Shown here: piece by piece, positions 1 through 9,266 of the stretch
Layout: every line of letters starts with the position of its first letter
Numbering within the stretch: the first letter of the stretch is position 1
NCBI GenBank assembly: GCA_040387375.1
Contig: JAZKDW010000011.1
Location: 94,837 to 158,836 of the forward strand
Length of the DNA: 64,000 nucleotides
DNA from: Pseudomonadota bacterium
Lineage (GTDB): Bacteria; Pseudomonadota; Gammaproteobacteria; Burkholderiales; Burkholderiaceae_D
Direction of reading: 5' to 3'
Notes under the pieces: generated by a model
Told to the model about the DNA's origin: nothing
Database searches by the model: none
What the model saw: only the letters and a program-made list of their open reading frames with translations
Position numbers and translations under genes: made by a program

Positions 1-1098
1 GACCACCCTGGCGGCGTCGGCCGTGATCTTTGCGACTGCCTGGCTGATCGGCTGGCGCTCGGCATCGACACATTCGTCGGCCCATTTCAGCGCCAGAGAC
101 AGCAACAATTCGAGACCGGTGGCGCCGGGCGATGCTTCACCGAAGGGCAGGAGTTTTTCATCGTCGTCGACCGGCGTGTGGTCGGAACAGATGGCGTCAA
201 TCGTGCCGTCCAGCAGCGCCTGCCGGATCGCGTCGCGGTCGCGCTGGCTGCGCAGCGGCGGCGTCAGGCGCGCGTTCGAATCGAAAAAGCCAATGTCGGC
301 ATCCGTGAGGTGGATGTGGTGGGCGCCGACATCGCAGGTGAGCGGCAAGCCATTTTTCTTCGCCGTCCGGACCAGTTCCAGTCCGGCTGCGGAGGATATC
401 CGGCACAAGTGCACCCGCGCGCCGGTCGCGGCCATCAATTCAAAAATCGTGTGCAACGCAATGGTCTCGGCGATCACCGGCACGCCGGACAGTCCGAGGC
501 GGGAGGCCAGCGGGCCGCTATGCGCAATGCCGGTAATGCCGAGGTGCGGATCCTGCGCGCGCAGCCACACCGTGTAGCCAAAGGTCTGCGCGTATTGCAT
601 TGCGCGCATCAGCACCGTGGTGTCGAGAATTGGCTGGTCAGCCTGCGAAAATCCGACGCAGCCCGCTTCCGTCAGTTCTGCCATCTCGGTCAGCGCCTGG
701 CCCTTGAGGCCCACCGTCAGCGCTCCCAGCGGATACACATGCGTCTGGTTCAGGGTGCGCGCGCGATGGGTCAGCATTTCGACCAGGCCCGGCTCATCCA
801 GCACCGGATCGGTGTCCGGCGGGCAGATGAGGCTGGTGACGCCGCCTTGTATCGCTGCCTGCAGTTCGGACTCCAGCGTTGCCTTGTATTCGTATCCGGG
901 TTCGCGCAGGCGCGCGCTCAGGTCCACCAGTCCGGGGATCACCATCAGGCCGCTGGCGTCGAGGGTCCGGTCGGCGGTGAAACCGGCCGGCGCCTGGCCG
1001 ACAGCGGCGATCTTGCCGCCGCTGATGTAGAGGTCTTGCCGGGCGTCGATGCCATTGGCCGGATCGATCAGGTGACCGTTTTTAATGTGGAGATTCAT
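1..1098 (-). CDS. pyrC: Dihydroorotase-like protein (PyrC-prime type, probably non-catalytic ATCase partner); 3-prime end lies beyond the window edge
   Basis: Minus-strand ORF absent from the track because it has no stop inside the window. Hand translation from the ATG at 1098 gives MNLHIKNGHLIDPANGIDARQDLYISGGKIAAVG..GLMVIPGLVDLSARLREPG..CSDHTPVDDDEK, an amidohydrolase/dihydroorotase fold. VDLSARL replaces the usual DxHxH metal motif. It lies directly downstream of pyrB. Confidence 0.8.
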   Translation of the reverse strand, partial: MNLHIKNGHLIDPANGIDARQDLYISGGKIAAVGQAPAGFTADRTLDASGLMVIPGLVDLSARLREPGYEYKATLESELQAAIQGGVTSLICPPDTDPVLDEPGLVEMLTHRARTLNQTHVYPLGALTVGLKGQALTEMAELTEAGCVGFSQADQPILDTTVLMRAMQYAQTFGYTVWLRAQDPHLGITGIAHSGPLASRLGLSGVPVIAETIALHTIFELMAATGARVHLCRISSAAGLELVRTAKKNGLPLTCDVGAHHIHLTDADIGFFDSNARLTPPLRSQRDRDAIRQALLDGTIDAICSDHTPVDDDEKLLPFGEASPGATGLELLLSLALKWADECVDAERQPISQAVAKITADAARVV

Positions 1099-1137
1099 TC
1101 GTCAAATTACCTTATTTACAAGCACGAGAAGCAACCG

Positions 1138-1224
1138 TAGGGTGTAAATGCGAAGCGCCTTCCACCAAACGTTGACACTGGCACACAGTCTTTCGGTGGA
1201 AGGCGCTGCGCTTTTCCACCCTAC
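1138..1224. repeat. REP-like palindromic unit pair (GTAGGGTG..GCGAAGCGCCTTCCACC / GGTGGAAGGCGCTGCGC..CCACCCTAC)
   Basis: An 87-bp imperfect palindrome read directly. The outer arms GTAGGGTG (1138-1145) and CACCCTAC pair, and the inner 17-bp arms 1150-1166 and 1195-1211 are complementary. A related single unit is at 45395-45428. Confidence 0.8.
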
Positions 1225-1257
1225 AAAATCGCTCCTGCTCCGTCTCGGAGAAATGAC

Positions 1258-2217
1258 TCAACCGCCAGCCAGAATACTCATCACCGCCATACGCACCGCG
1301 ATGCCGAAGGTCACCTGCGGCAAGATCACCGCCTGCGCGCCATCGGCCACCGCCGATTCGATTTCGACACCACGATTCATCGGCCCCGGGTGCATCACGA
1401 TCGCATCCGGCTTGGCCAGCGCCAGCCGCTCGGTCGTCAAGCCATAACTCTTGAAAAACTCCTGCGCCGATGGCAGCAGCGCACCGCTCATGCGCTCGTT
1501 CTGCAGCCGCAGCATGATGATGACATCCACCCCTTTCAATCCTTCATTCATGTCGGTGAAGACACGCACGCCCATCTGCTCCAGCCCGCTGGGCAGCAAG
1601 GTACGCGGCGCGATGACACGCACCTCCGGCACGCCCAGCGTGGTCAGGGCGTGAATGTCGGAGCGCGCCACGCGGCTGTGCAGGACGTCGCCGACAATCG
1701 CGACCGTCAGGTTGGTGAAGTCTTTCTTGTAATGCCGGATCGTGTACATGTCGAGCAGGCCCTGCGTCGGATGCGCGTGGCGGCCATCGCCGGCATTGAC
1801 GACGTGGACATGCGTCTGCCTGGTATCGATCAGATGTTTGGCGATCAGATAGGGCGCGCCGGATTGCGAATGGCGCACGACAAACATGTCCGCGTGCATC
1901 GCGGCGAGGTTGTCGATGGTGTCGAGCAGCGACTCGCCCTTGCTGGCGCTGGACGCCGAGATATTGAGATTGATGACGTCGGCCGACAGGCGCTTGGAGG
2001 CGATTTCAAAGGTGGTGCGGGTCCGCGTCGAGTTCTCGAAGAACAGGTTGAAGACGCTTTTGCCGCGCATCAGCGGGACTTTCTTGACTTCGCGATCGCT
2101 GACGCTGACGAACGATGAGGCCGTATCCAGAATGCGCGTGATCACTGCCTGCGGCAAACCTTCGATCGTCAGCAAGTGCTGCAATTCGCCATTTTTATTC
2201 AGTTGCGGGTTATGCAT
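1258..2217 (-). CDS. pyrB: Aspartate carbamoyltransferase catalytic subunit
   Basis: 319-aa ORF with the ATCase signatures STRTR ([12 protein letters not shown]) and HPTQ ([11 protein letters not shown]). It sits in the pyrR-pyrB-pyrC' context. Confidence 0.95.
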   Translation of the reverse strand: MHNPQLNKNGELQHLLTIEGLPQAVITRILDTASSFVSVSDREVKKVPLMRGKSVFNLFFENSTRTRTTFEIASKRLSADVINLNISASSASKGESLLDTIDNLAAMHADMFVVRHSQSGAPYLIAKHLIDTRQTHVHVVNAGDGRHAHPTQGLLDMYTIRHYKKDFTNLTVAIVGDVLHSRVARSDIHALTTLGVPEVRVIAPRTLLPSGLEQMGVRVFTDMNEGLKGVDVIIMLRLQNERMSGALLPSAQEFFKSYGLTTERLALAKPDAIVMHPGPMNRGVEIESAVADGAQAVILPQVTFGIAVRMAVMSILAGG

Positions 2218-2722
2218 GGTCCACCGTCAGGGAAAATCGGCCGTCGTCGGCACGTTGCAGTACAAGTGACTGGTCATCGGCAACCATGATCGTGCTAGCC
2301 ACAAAATCGGCCGCGATCGGCAGCTCGCGCCCGCCACGATCGATCAGCGCCGCCAGCATGATTTTTGCGGGGCGTCCGTAGTCGAACAATTCATTGATGG
2401 CGGCACGGGTGGTGCGGCCGGTGTAGAGCACGTCGTCGACCAGCAGGATGGTCGCGCCGTCGACATCGAAGGGGATCTGGCTGGGCTTGACGTCGGCATG
2501 CAAGCCTTTTTGCGCATAATCGTCGCGGTAAAAGGAGACGTCGATGAAACCCAGGCGCTCCTTGAGCTGCAGTTCGGCCGCCAGCCGCTCGGCCAGCCAC
2601 GCGCCGCCCGAATAGATGCCGACGATCGCGACATTGTCGGCCTGCGCCAGGCCGTTCTTGACTTGCTTTGCGAGCACCTGGTACAGGGCTTCGGCATCGA
2701 GTTTAGGTGTCGGCATATTCAT
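2210..2722 (-). CDS. pyrR: Bifunctional pyrimidine operon regulator / uracil phosphoribosyltransferase PyrR
   Basis: 170-aa ORF with a PRTase PRPP-binding loop ([17 protein letters not shown]). It overlaps the pyrB start by 8 nt. Confidence 0.9.
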   Translation of the reverse strand: MNMPTPKLDAEALYQVLAKQVKNGLAQADNVAIVGIYSGGAWLAERLAAELQLKERLGFIDVSFYRDDYAQKGLHADVKPSQIPFDVDGATILLVDDVLYTGRTTRAAINELFDYGRPAKIMLAALIDRGGRELPIAADFVASTIMVADDQSLVLQRADDGRFSLTVDHA

Positions 2723-3092
2723 CGAAATATTGTTGCAGGATTATCGCAGCAGCTTTTGCATCAATCAAATCGCCGCGTTGGTGGGGAATCACAGCGGATG
2801 AGTATCGTTCATCCACCAGCACGGTGGCAAGATCAAACCGTCCATGCAGCTGATTTGCAAAACGCCGGCAGCGCACGGTCATCTCGTGCTCGGCGCCATC
2901 CGGATGACGCGGCAGACCGACGACACAAATCGCCGGCTGCCATTCCTTTACCAGCTCCGCAATCGTGGTAAATTTTGCATCATTGGTAGCTGCACTGATG
3001 ATCGTCAGCGGCTGCGCCTGCCGGATCACGGTATTGCCTACTGCGACGCCGATGCGTTTCAAGCCAAAATCAAACGCCAGCACCGTCTTCAC
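2703..3092 (-). CDS. ruvX: Holliday-junction resolvase-like pre-16S rRNA nuclease RuvX/YqgF
   Basis: 129-aa ORF. The N-terminal MKTVLAFDFGLKRIGVAVGN is typical of YqgF, and the yqgE-ruvX pairing is conserved. Confidence 0.9.
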   Translation of the reverse strand: MKTVLAFDFGLKRIGVAVGNTVIRQAQPLTIISAATNDAKFTTIAELVKEWQPAICVVGLPRHPDGAEHEMTVRCRRFANQLHGRFDLATVLVDERYSSAVIPHQRGDLIDAKAAAIILQQYFDEYADT

Positions 3093-3104
3093 CGGGCTGC
3101 CTTG

Positions 3105-3791
3105 TCACGCATGACCCGCCTCGCCGGTCAGCATCATGGGATCGATGCCCAGCAATTTTATGGCGGCGTTGAAGCGCTCTTCTATCGGCAAGTCAAAAAT
3201 GATGCCGGCATCGGCCTGCACGGTCAGCCAGCCGTTTTTTGCAATTTCCTCTTCCAGTTGTCCGGCGCTCCAGCCCGCGCAACCGAGGCTGACCAGAATC
3301 CGGCGCGGCCCCTCGCCCGCGGCTACCGCTTCCAGCACGTCCTTGGAGGTGGTGAGTGAAATATCGTCCGTCACTTTCATCATCGACGAAAACTGGCCCG
3401 GCGGCGCATGGAGCACAAAACCGCGCTCGACTTGCACCGGGCCGCCGTACATGACCGGGCTGGCGGAGATCGGCATCCGGCCGGGGATGATTTCAAGGTC
3501 AAGATCGATGCGCTCGAACAGCACGTCCATTGTCATGTCGGTCGGCTTGTTGATGATCACGCCGAGCGCGCCGTTGGCGTTATGCTCACAGACGTACACC
3601 ACCGAGCCGCCGAATGTCGGATCGAGCATCATCGGCATCGCGATCAAAAAATGATTGGAAAAATTCAGTTCAGGTGTGGTCAAAGTATCGGGAGAACCGG
3701 AAAAATTGGGCGCCTTCTGGTCAGTACCAGCTTGCGGGGCAGATTTGCAGGTCTTGCCCTGCTGTTTGCCTTGCTTGGCCATGGCGGTCAT
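3105..3791 (-). CDS. yqgE: YqgE/AlgH family protein (UPF0301)
   Basis: The ORF contains NHFLIAMP..DPTFGGSVVYVCEHN..GALGVIINKP, which is characteristic of AlgH/YqgE. The track ORF begins at a GTG at 3848. I prefer the ATG at 3791 (MTAMAKQ), but the start is uncertain. Confidence 0.8.
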   Translation of the reverse strand: MTAMAKQGKQQGKTCKSAPQAGTDQKAPNFSGSPDTLTTPELNFSNHFLIAMPMMLDPTFGGSVVYVCEHNANGALGVIINKPTDMTMDVLFERIDLDLEIIPGRMPISASPVMYGGPVQVERGFVLHAPPGQFSSMMKVTDDISLTTSKDVLEAVAAGEGPRRILVSLGCAGWSAGQLEEEIAKNGWLTVQADAGIIFDLPIEERFNAAIKLLGIDPMMLTGEAGHA

Positions 3792-3915
3792 TTTATCAGT
3801 TTTAGGCGGTTTCACCCCGCGTCGCCGGACTGCCGTGATAGCAAACACACAAATCTGTCATGATGTGGCCGGTTAGCCTGCCCACGTCCCCGAACACTTG
3901 AAGCAATGATGAGTC

Positions 3916-5424
3916 ATGACCCAATTTAACAAGTCCCTGGTCTGGTTTCGCCGCGATTTGCGCAATTTTGACCACACCGCGCTGTCGCAGGCGCTGCAGC
4001 AAAGCCGCACCGTGTACTGCGCATTCATCTTTGACAAGGAAATCCTGCAACCCTTGCTGGACAAGGGGCTGAAGGCGGATCGCCGTGTTGAATTCATTCA
4101 TGCCAGCATCATCGAACTGGATGCCGAACTGCGCGCCATCGGCGGCTTTCTGATTGTCCGCCATGCCGCGGCAACAACAGCCATCCCGGCGCTGGCTGCC
4201 GAACTCGGTGTCGATGCCGTATTTGCCAACCATGATTACGAGCCGGCGGCGATCGCACGCGATGGTCGGATTGCCGCAACGCTGGCGGCGGCCGGACGCA
4301 CGCTGCAGACGTTCAAGGATCAGGTCATTTTCGAGAAAGAGGAAGTGCTGTCGCTGGCCGGACGGCCCTTTTCCGTTTTCACGCCGTACAAGAATGCCTG
4401 GCTGAAGAGACTGCAGGCAGAGCCGCATGAGCGATTCAACGAGTTGCACCTGGCGCCGCATCCGGTAGAACAACATGCGGCGCGGCTGGCGCCACCCATG
4501 GCAGGCGAGGCAGCGCCGCCGTCACTGGCGGCATTGGGTTTCGAGAAAACCAACCTGGCGGCGTTGCATATTCCAACCGGCATGTCGGGAGGACAAACCC
4601 TGATCGATGACTTCGTGCTGCGTATCGCGCAGTATGGCAACACCCGTGATTTTCCTGCGGTAAAGGGGCCTTCTTACCTGTCGGTCCACTTGCGCTTCGG
4701 CACCGTGTCGATCAGGTCACTGGTGCGGCGCGCGCTGGAGACCATACAATCCGGCGAAGGCGGCGCCGGCGCGCCGGTCTGGTTGTCGGAACTGATCTGG
4801 CGCGATTTTTATTTCATGATCCTGCATCATCATCCGCATGTCGCGGAGCGTGCATTCAAACCGGAGTACGACAAGATTCAATGGGAGTCCGGTCCCGCCG
4901 CGCAAGCGCTGTTCCAGGCATGGTGTGATGGCCGCACCGGTTTTCCGCTGGTGGATGCGGCGATGAGCCAGCTGAACCAGACCGGCTACATGCATAACCG
5001 CTTGCGCATGGTGACGGCCAGCTTCCTGATCAAGGATCTCGGAATTGACTGGCGCTGGGGGGAACGTTATTTTGCGGAACAACTGAATGACTTCGATCTG
5101 TCGGCAAATAACGGCGGCTGGCAATGGGCCGCGTCATCGGGCTGCGACGCACAACCGTATTTCCGGATTTTCAATCCGGTCACACAATCGGAAAAATTTG
5201 ATCCCGAAGGCAAGTTCATTCGCCGTTACCTGCCGCAACTGGCCAGGCTGGACAACAGGAAAATGCACGCGCCATGGCGGCTGACCGCCGCCGAACTGGC
5301 GCTGGCCGGGGTCACACTGGGCGGGAACTATCCTGCTCCCATCGTCCTGCATGAGGAAGCGCGCTTGCGTACGCTTGCCCGCTACGCAGTGGTGAAAAAA
5401 GTGGCCGAATCTTCAGACGGATAG
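3916..5424 (+). CDS. phrB: Deoxyribodipyrimidine photolyase (cryptochrome/photolyase family, class I type)
   Basis: 502-aa ORF with the N-terminal LVWFRRDLR motif and a C-terminal FAD-binding region (WRDFY.., GYMHNRLRM, NNGGWQW, YFRIFNP). Confidence 0.9.
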   Translation: MTQFNKSLVWFRRDLRNFDHTALSQALQQSRTVYCAFIFDKEILQPLLDKGLKADRRVEFIHASIIELDAELRAIGGFLIVRHAAATTAIPALAAELGVDAVFANHDYEPAAIARDGRIAATLAAAGRTLQTFKDQVIFEKEEVLSLAGRPFSVFTPYKNAWLKRLQAEPHERFNELHLAPHPVEQHAARLAPPMAGEAAPPSLAALGFEKTNLAALHIPTGMSGGQTLIDDFVLRIAQYGNTRDFPAVKGPSYLSVHLRFGTVSIRSLVRRALETIQSGEGGAGAPVWLSELIWRDFYFMILHHHPHVAERAFKPEYDKIQWESGPAAQALFQAWCDGRTGFPLVDAAMSQLNQTGYMHNRLRMVTASFLIKDLGIDWRWGERYFAEQLNDFDLSANNGGWQWAASSGCDAQPYFRIFNPVTQSEKFDPEGKFIRRYLPQLARLDNRKMHAPWRLTAAELALAGVTLGGNYPAPIVLHEEARLRTLARYAVVKKVAESSDG

Positions 5425-5442
5425 GGCCGCTGCAGAAAAGCG

Positions 5443-6462
5443 CTATTTGCTCCGTGCTTTTTGCAGCAGATCCAGCGCGACGTCGACGATCATGTCTTCC
5501 TGTCCGCCCACCATGCGACGGCGCCCAAGTTCAACCAGGATGTCGAGCGTTTTGACCCCGTATTTTTCTGCCGCCACTTCGGAATGGCGCAGAAAGCTGG
5601 AGTAGACACCGGCATAACCAAGCGCCAGCGTTTCCCGGTCAACCCGCACCGGCCTGTCCTGCATGGGGCGCACGATATCGTCGGCCGCATCCATCAGCTT
5701 GAACAGATCGCAGCCATGGTTCCAGCCCATGCGGTCAGCCGCGGCGATAAACACTTCCAGCGGCGCATTGCCGGCGCCCGCCCCCATGCCGGCGAGACTG
5801 GCGTCAACCCGGTCACACCCTTCCTCCACGGCGACGATGGAATTGGCGACCCCGAGGCTGAGGTTGTGATGTGCATGCATGCCGGTCTCGGTCTCGGGCT
5901 TGAGCACGTCCTTGAACGCGCGGAAGCGGTCGCGCACGTCGTTCATGTTCATCGCCCCGCCGGAGTCGGCCATGTAGCAGCAGGTCGCGCCGTAGCTCTC
6001 CATCAGCTTGGCCTGCTGGGCCAGGCCCTGGGGCGTTTGCATGTGGCTCATCATCAGGAAACCCACCGCCTCCATGCCCAGATTGCGGGCGTATTCGATG
6101 TGCTGCCTGGAGACATCGGCCTCGGTGCAGTGGGTGGCCACACGCACGGTGCGGACACCGGCGTCATAGGCCGCCTTCAGGTCGTGCACGGTGCCGATGC
6201 CCGGGATCAGGAGGGTGGTGATGCGCGCATGCTTGACCACGCTGGCGACGGCTTCGATCCACTCGACGTCGGTATGGGCGCCGAAGCCGTAGTTGAAGCT
6301 GCCGCCTTGCAGGCCGTCGCCGTGCGCCACTTCGATGGAATCGACCTTGGCCTCATCGAGCGCCCTGGCAATCGCCTTGGCCTGTTCGAGGCTGTACTGA
6401 TGGCGGATGGCGTGGCTGCCGTCGCGCAGGGTGACGTCGGAGATATAGAGTTTTTTCTTCAT
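5443..6462 (-). CDS. 4-hydroxy-2-oxovalerate aldolase (DmpG/MhpE/XylK type)
   Basis: [18 protein letters not shown].. is the HMGL-like DRE-TIM aldolase signature. AGGAGA lies 8 nt upstream of the ATG at 6462. The track ORF start at 6513 is an over-extension into the upstream gene. Confidence 0.9.
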   Translation of the reverse strand: MKKKLYISDVTLRDGSHAIRHQYSLEQAKAIARALDEAKVDSIEVAHGDGLQGGSFNYGFGAHTDVEWIEAVASVVKHARITTLLIPGIGTVHDLKAAYDAGVRTVRVATHCTEADVSRQHIEYARNLGMEAVGFLMMSHMQTPQGLAQQAKLMESYGATCCYMADSGGAMNMNDVRDRFRAFKDVLKPETETGMHAHHNLSLGVANSIVAVEEGCDRVDASLAGMGAGAGNAPLEVFIAAADRMGWNHGCDLFKLMDAADDIVRPMQDRPVRVDRETLALGYAGVYSSFLRHSEVAAEKYGVKTLDILVELGRRRMVGGQEDMIVDVALDLLQKARSK

Positions 6463-6476
6463 GTTGTGCTCTCCTG

Positions 6477-7424
6477 TCAGGCCGAAGTTTTTTCGGCGAC
6501 GTGCTCGGCGCACGCAAGTGCGGCGCTGGTCATGATGTCGAGGTTGCCGGCATATGCAGGCAGGTAATGCGCAGCGCCTTCGACCTCGAGGAAAATGCTG
6601 ACCTTCAGGCCGGCGAGCTTGCCGACGCCGGGAATATTCAACGGCTGTCCGGCATCGATCAGGTCGAACTGCACTGCCTGCTTGAGACGATAGCCCGGCA
6701 CATAAGCCTGCACATCGCGCACCATCCTGGCAACCGATTCAACGATCTGGCGTTTGGTCTGTTCCATGTCGGCGCCGGAATCAGCCAGGCAATACACGGT
6801 GTCGCGCATGATCAGCGGCGGCTCGGCCGGGTTCATCACGATGATCGCCTTGCCGCGGGTAGCGCCGCCGACCGTCTCGATTGCCTTGGAAGTGGTTTCA
6901 GTGAACTCGTCGATATTGGCGCGTGTGCCTGGACCGGCCGACTTGCTGGCGATCGACGCGACGATCTCGCCGTAATGCACCCTGGTCACGCGCGATACTG
7001 CCGCCACCATCGGGATCGTCGCCTGGCCACCGCAGGTGACCATGTTCAGGTTGAGCGCGTCTTCATGCGCGCTCAGGTTCACCACCGGCACGCAGTACGG
7101 ACCGATTGCGGCAGGCGTCAGATCGATGATGCGGATGCCTGGCTTGTGGCGGCGCAGGAATGCGTCATTTTTCACATGGGCGGCGGCGCTGGTGGCATCG
7201 AACACGATGTCGATGTCGCCGAATTCCGGCATGTTGACCAGGCCTTCGACACCGTCGTGCGTGGTGGCGACGCCCATGCGCTGGGCGCGGGCCAGTCCGT
7301 CGGAGGCGGCATCGATGCCGACCATCACCCCCATCGCAACCGATTTCCCATTGCGCAGGATCTTGATCATCAGGTCGGTGCCGATATTGCCGGAACCGAT
7401 GATGGCAGCTTTAAGTGTGGACAC
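6477..7424 (-). CDS. Acetaldehyde dehydrogenase (acetylating) (DmpF/MhpF/XylQ type)
   Basis: [21 protein letters not shown].. is a Rossmann N-terminus, the length is 315 aa, and the start is a GTG at 7424 preceded by AAGGA. It pairs with the aldolase as in all meta-cleavage operons. The track ORF extends spuriously to 7571. Confidence 0.9.
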   Translation of the reverse strand: MSTLKAAIIGSGNIGTDLMIKILRNGKSVAMGVMVGIDAASDGLARAQRMGVATTHDGVEGLVNMPEFGDIDIVFDATSAAAHVKNDAFLRRHKPGIRIIDLTPAAIGPYCVPVVNLSAHEDALNLNMVTCGGQATIPMVAAVSRVTRVHYGEIVASIASKSAGPGTRANIDEFTETTSKAIETVGGATRGKAIIVMNPAEPPLIMRDTVYCLADSGADMEQTKRQIVESVARMVRDVQAYVPGYRLKQAVQFDLIDAGQPLNIPGVGKLAGLKVSIFLEVEGAAHYLPAYAGNLDIMTSAALACAEHVAEKTSA

Positions 7425-7455
7425 AGTGATTTCCTTGATGAATGATGCGGCAGGT

Positions 7456-7647
7456 TCAGCGGCCGAGCGACTTTGCAGTCTTGCCGCCGATGCCCCAATG
7501 AGTGCTCGGCAATTCCTCGACCAGCACGCGGATTGTCTCGACCGGTGCGCCAATGCTGCGGTGGATCGCATCGGTGACTTCGTGAATCATGGCTTCGATC
7601 TGCTCCGGCGAACGGCCTTCGATGATCGAAATCTGGGCGAATGGCAT
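7456..7647 (-). CDS. 4-oxalocrotonate tautomerase (DmpI/XylH type)
   Basis: 63-aa ORF beginning [13 protein letters not shown], with the catalytic Pro1 after Met removal. The size is typical of 4-OT. Confidence 0.9.
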   Translation of the reverse strand: MPFAQISIIEGRSPEQIEAMIHEVTDAIHRSIGAPVETIRVLVEELPSTHWGIGGKTAKSLGR

Positions 7648-7671
7648 GGGGTCTCCGTTTTTGTATGAGGG

Positions 7672-8460
7672 TTAGATGAAGCGCAGCGATAACGAGCCGA
7701 GATGCTGATATCGGACGGTGATGTTGTCGCCTTTGGCAACTGAGATGGCTTCGGTGACGCCACCCGTCAGGATCAGCGTGCCGGCCGGGATTTCCTCGCC
7801 GCGCGCGCCGAGCATGTTGGCCAGCATCGCGACGCTTTGCGCCGGATGCCCCAGCACCGCCGAGCCGGCGGCAGTTGCCACAACAACGCCGTTTTTTTCC
7901 ATCACCACACCGAGGTTTTTCAGGTCCAGGTCCATCGCATTGCACGACCTGCCGCCCACCACAAAGCGGGCCGCCGAAGTGTTATCGGCGATCACGCTCT
8001 TCATGTCGAAGTTGAAATTCTTGTAGCGCGAGTCAATGACCTCCACCGCAGGCAGCACAAAATCCGTGGCTGCCAGCACGTCGCCAATGTGGCAGCCAGG
8101 GCCACGCAGCGCGACCCGGGTAACAAAAGCGATCTCGGCTTCCACCTTGGGATGGATCAGGCCTTTGGTGTCGCACTCGCCGCCATCGGCAACTACGCCG
8201 TAATCGGTCAGAAAGCCGCGCACCGGATCAACCACGCCCATCTGCTTCATCTTGGCGAGCGAGGTCAGTCCCATCTTGAGGCCGACTATGCGCGTGCCGC
8301 GTGCCTGCTTGATTGCGCGAATCGCATCCTGGATCGCATACGCGTCGTCCCAGTCCAGCTCGGGATGATCATCGGTGATCTTGCTCACCTCCTCGCATTG
8401 CATTTCAGCGCGGTCGAGATGCTGCGCGAGCTTTTGTATCGTTGTTTTATCGAGAGCCAT
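7672..8460 (-). CDS. 4-oxalocrotonate decarboxylase (DmpH/XylI type, FAH-fold)
   Basis: 262-aa paralogue of the neighbouring hydratase (GLKMGLTS.., EAEIAFV..). It occupies the decarboxylase position next to 4-OT. Confidence 0.75.
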   Translation of the reverse strand: MALDKTTIQKLAQHLDRAEMQCEEVSKITDDHPELDWDDAYAIQDAIRAIKQARGTRIVGLKMGLTSLAKMKQMGVVDPVRGFLTDYGVVADGGECDTKGLIHPKVEAEIAFVTRVALRGPGCHIGDVLAATDFVLPAVEVIDSRYKNFNFDMKSVIADNTSAARFVVGGRSCNAMDLDLKNLGVVMEKNGVVVATAAGSAVLGHPAQSVAMLANMLGARGEEIPAGTLILTGGVTEAISVAKGDNITVRYQHLGSLSLRFI

Positions 8461-8469
8461 GTTATTCCT

Positions 8470-9255
8470 TTAGACGAAATGCACGCCGGCCGAACCGATG
8501 CCGCCGAAGCTCACGCGCAGGTTATCGCCGGCCTTGACCGGCACCATCGCGGCCAGCGATCCGGACAGGATCACTTCTCCCGCGCGCAGCGGAATGCCGC
8601 GCCGTCCCAGCTCATTCGCCAGCCAAGCAACCGCGTTGAGCGGATGACCGAGCGCCGCGGCACCGGCGCCGGTGGCGACGATCTCACCGTTTTTTTCCAG
8701 CGTCATGCCGACCACGGACAGATCGATCTTGCGCGGATCCGCGGTAGCATCGCCTAACACGAATGCAGCGGAGGAACCGTTATCGGCGACCGTGTCCTGG
8801 ATCTTGATTTTCCAGTCGCGGATGCGGGAATCGACGATCTCGAAGCAAGGCAATACATATTCGGTAGCGCGCAGCACATCCGCGTTGGTAATGCCGGGGC
8901 CGAGCAGGTCGTGTCTGAGCACGAACGCGATCTCGCCTTCCGCTCTGGGGGCGATCATTGAATTGGCAGCAATGGCAGCGCCGTCGGGATAGACCATGCC
9001 GGACGTCAGATGACCGAAGTCCGGCTGGTTGACCTTGAGCATGTCCATCACTGCCTGGCTGGTGACGCCGATCTTCTTGCCGATGATACGTTCACCGGTG
9101 GCGGCCAGCCTGAGTTCGACCATGCGCAACTGAATGCCGTAGGCGTCGTCGATACTGATGTCCGGATCTGTTTCGGTCAGGGGGGCGATCGCCACACGCT
9201 CGACGAGCGCCTTGTACAAGGCATCGCCATGCTGCTGGATTTTTTGAGGGGTCAT
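8470..9255 (-). CDS. 2-oxopent-4-enoate (2-keto-4-pentenoate) hydratase (DmpE/XylJ type)
   Basis: 261-aa ORF. It shows long by-eye identity with XylJ as I remember it (GKKIGVTS.., QPDFG.L.., PRAEGEIAF.., DSRI.DWKIKIQDTVADN.., GAGAAALG.P.N.VAWLAN.LG). Confidence 0.85.
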   Translation of the reverse strand: MTPQKIQQHGDALYKALVERVAIAPLTETDPDISIDDAYGIQLRMVELRLAATGERIIGKKIGVTSQAVMDMLKVNQPDFGHLTSGMVYPDGAAIAANSMIAPRAEGEIAFVLRHDLLGPGITNADVLRATEYVLPCFEIVDSRIRDWKIKIQDTVADNGSSAAFVLGDATADPRKIDLSVVGMTLEKNGEIVATGAGAAALGHPLNAVAWLANELGRRGIPLRAGEVILSGSLAAMVPVKAGDNLRVSFGGIGSAGVHFV

Positions 9256-9266
9256 TTTATTCAGCC

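Noticed and set aside
3802-4476. 224-aa minus-strand ORF overlapping the photolyase 5-prime half
   Set aside because: It is antisense to a gene with clear photolyase motifs, and it has no domain signature or ribosome-binding site.
6477-7571. N-terminal extensions given by the ORF track: 5443-6513, 6477-7571, 9267-10787, 10739-11482, 21254-23587, 29296-30078, 46392-47048, 47478-48770, 56115-56483, 57279-58763 and 62688-63509
   Set aside because: The extensions overlap upstream genes or intergenic signals and lack an SD. Internal starts with good SDs give proteins of canonical family length with canonical N-termini.
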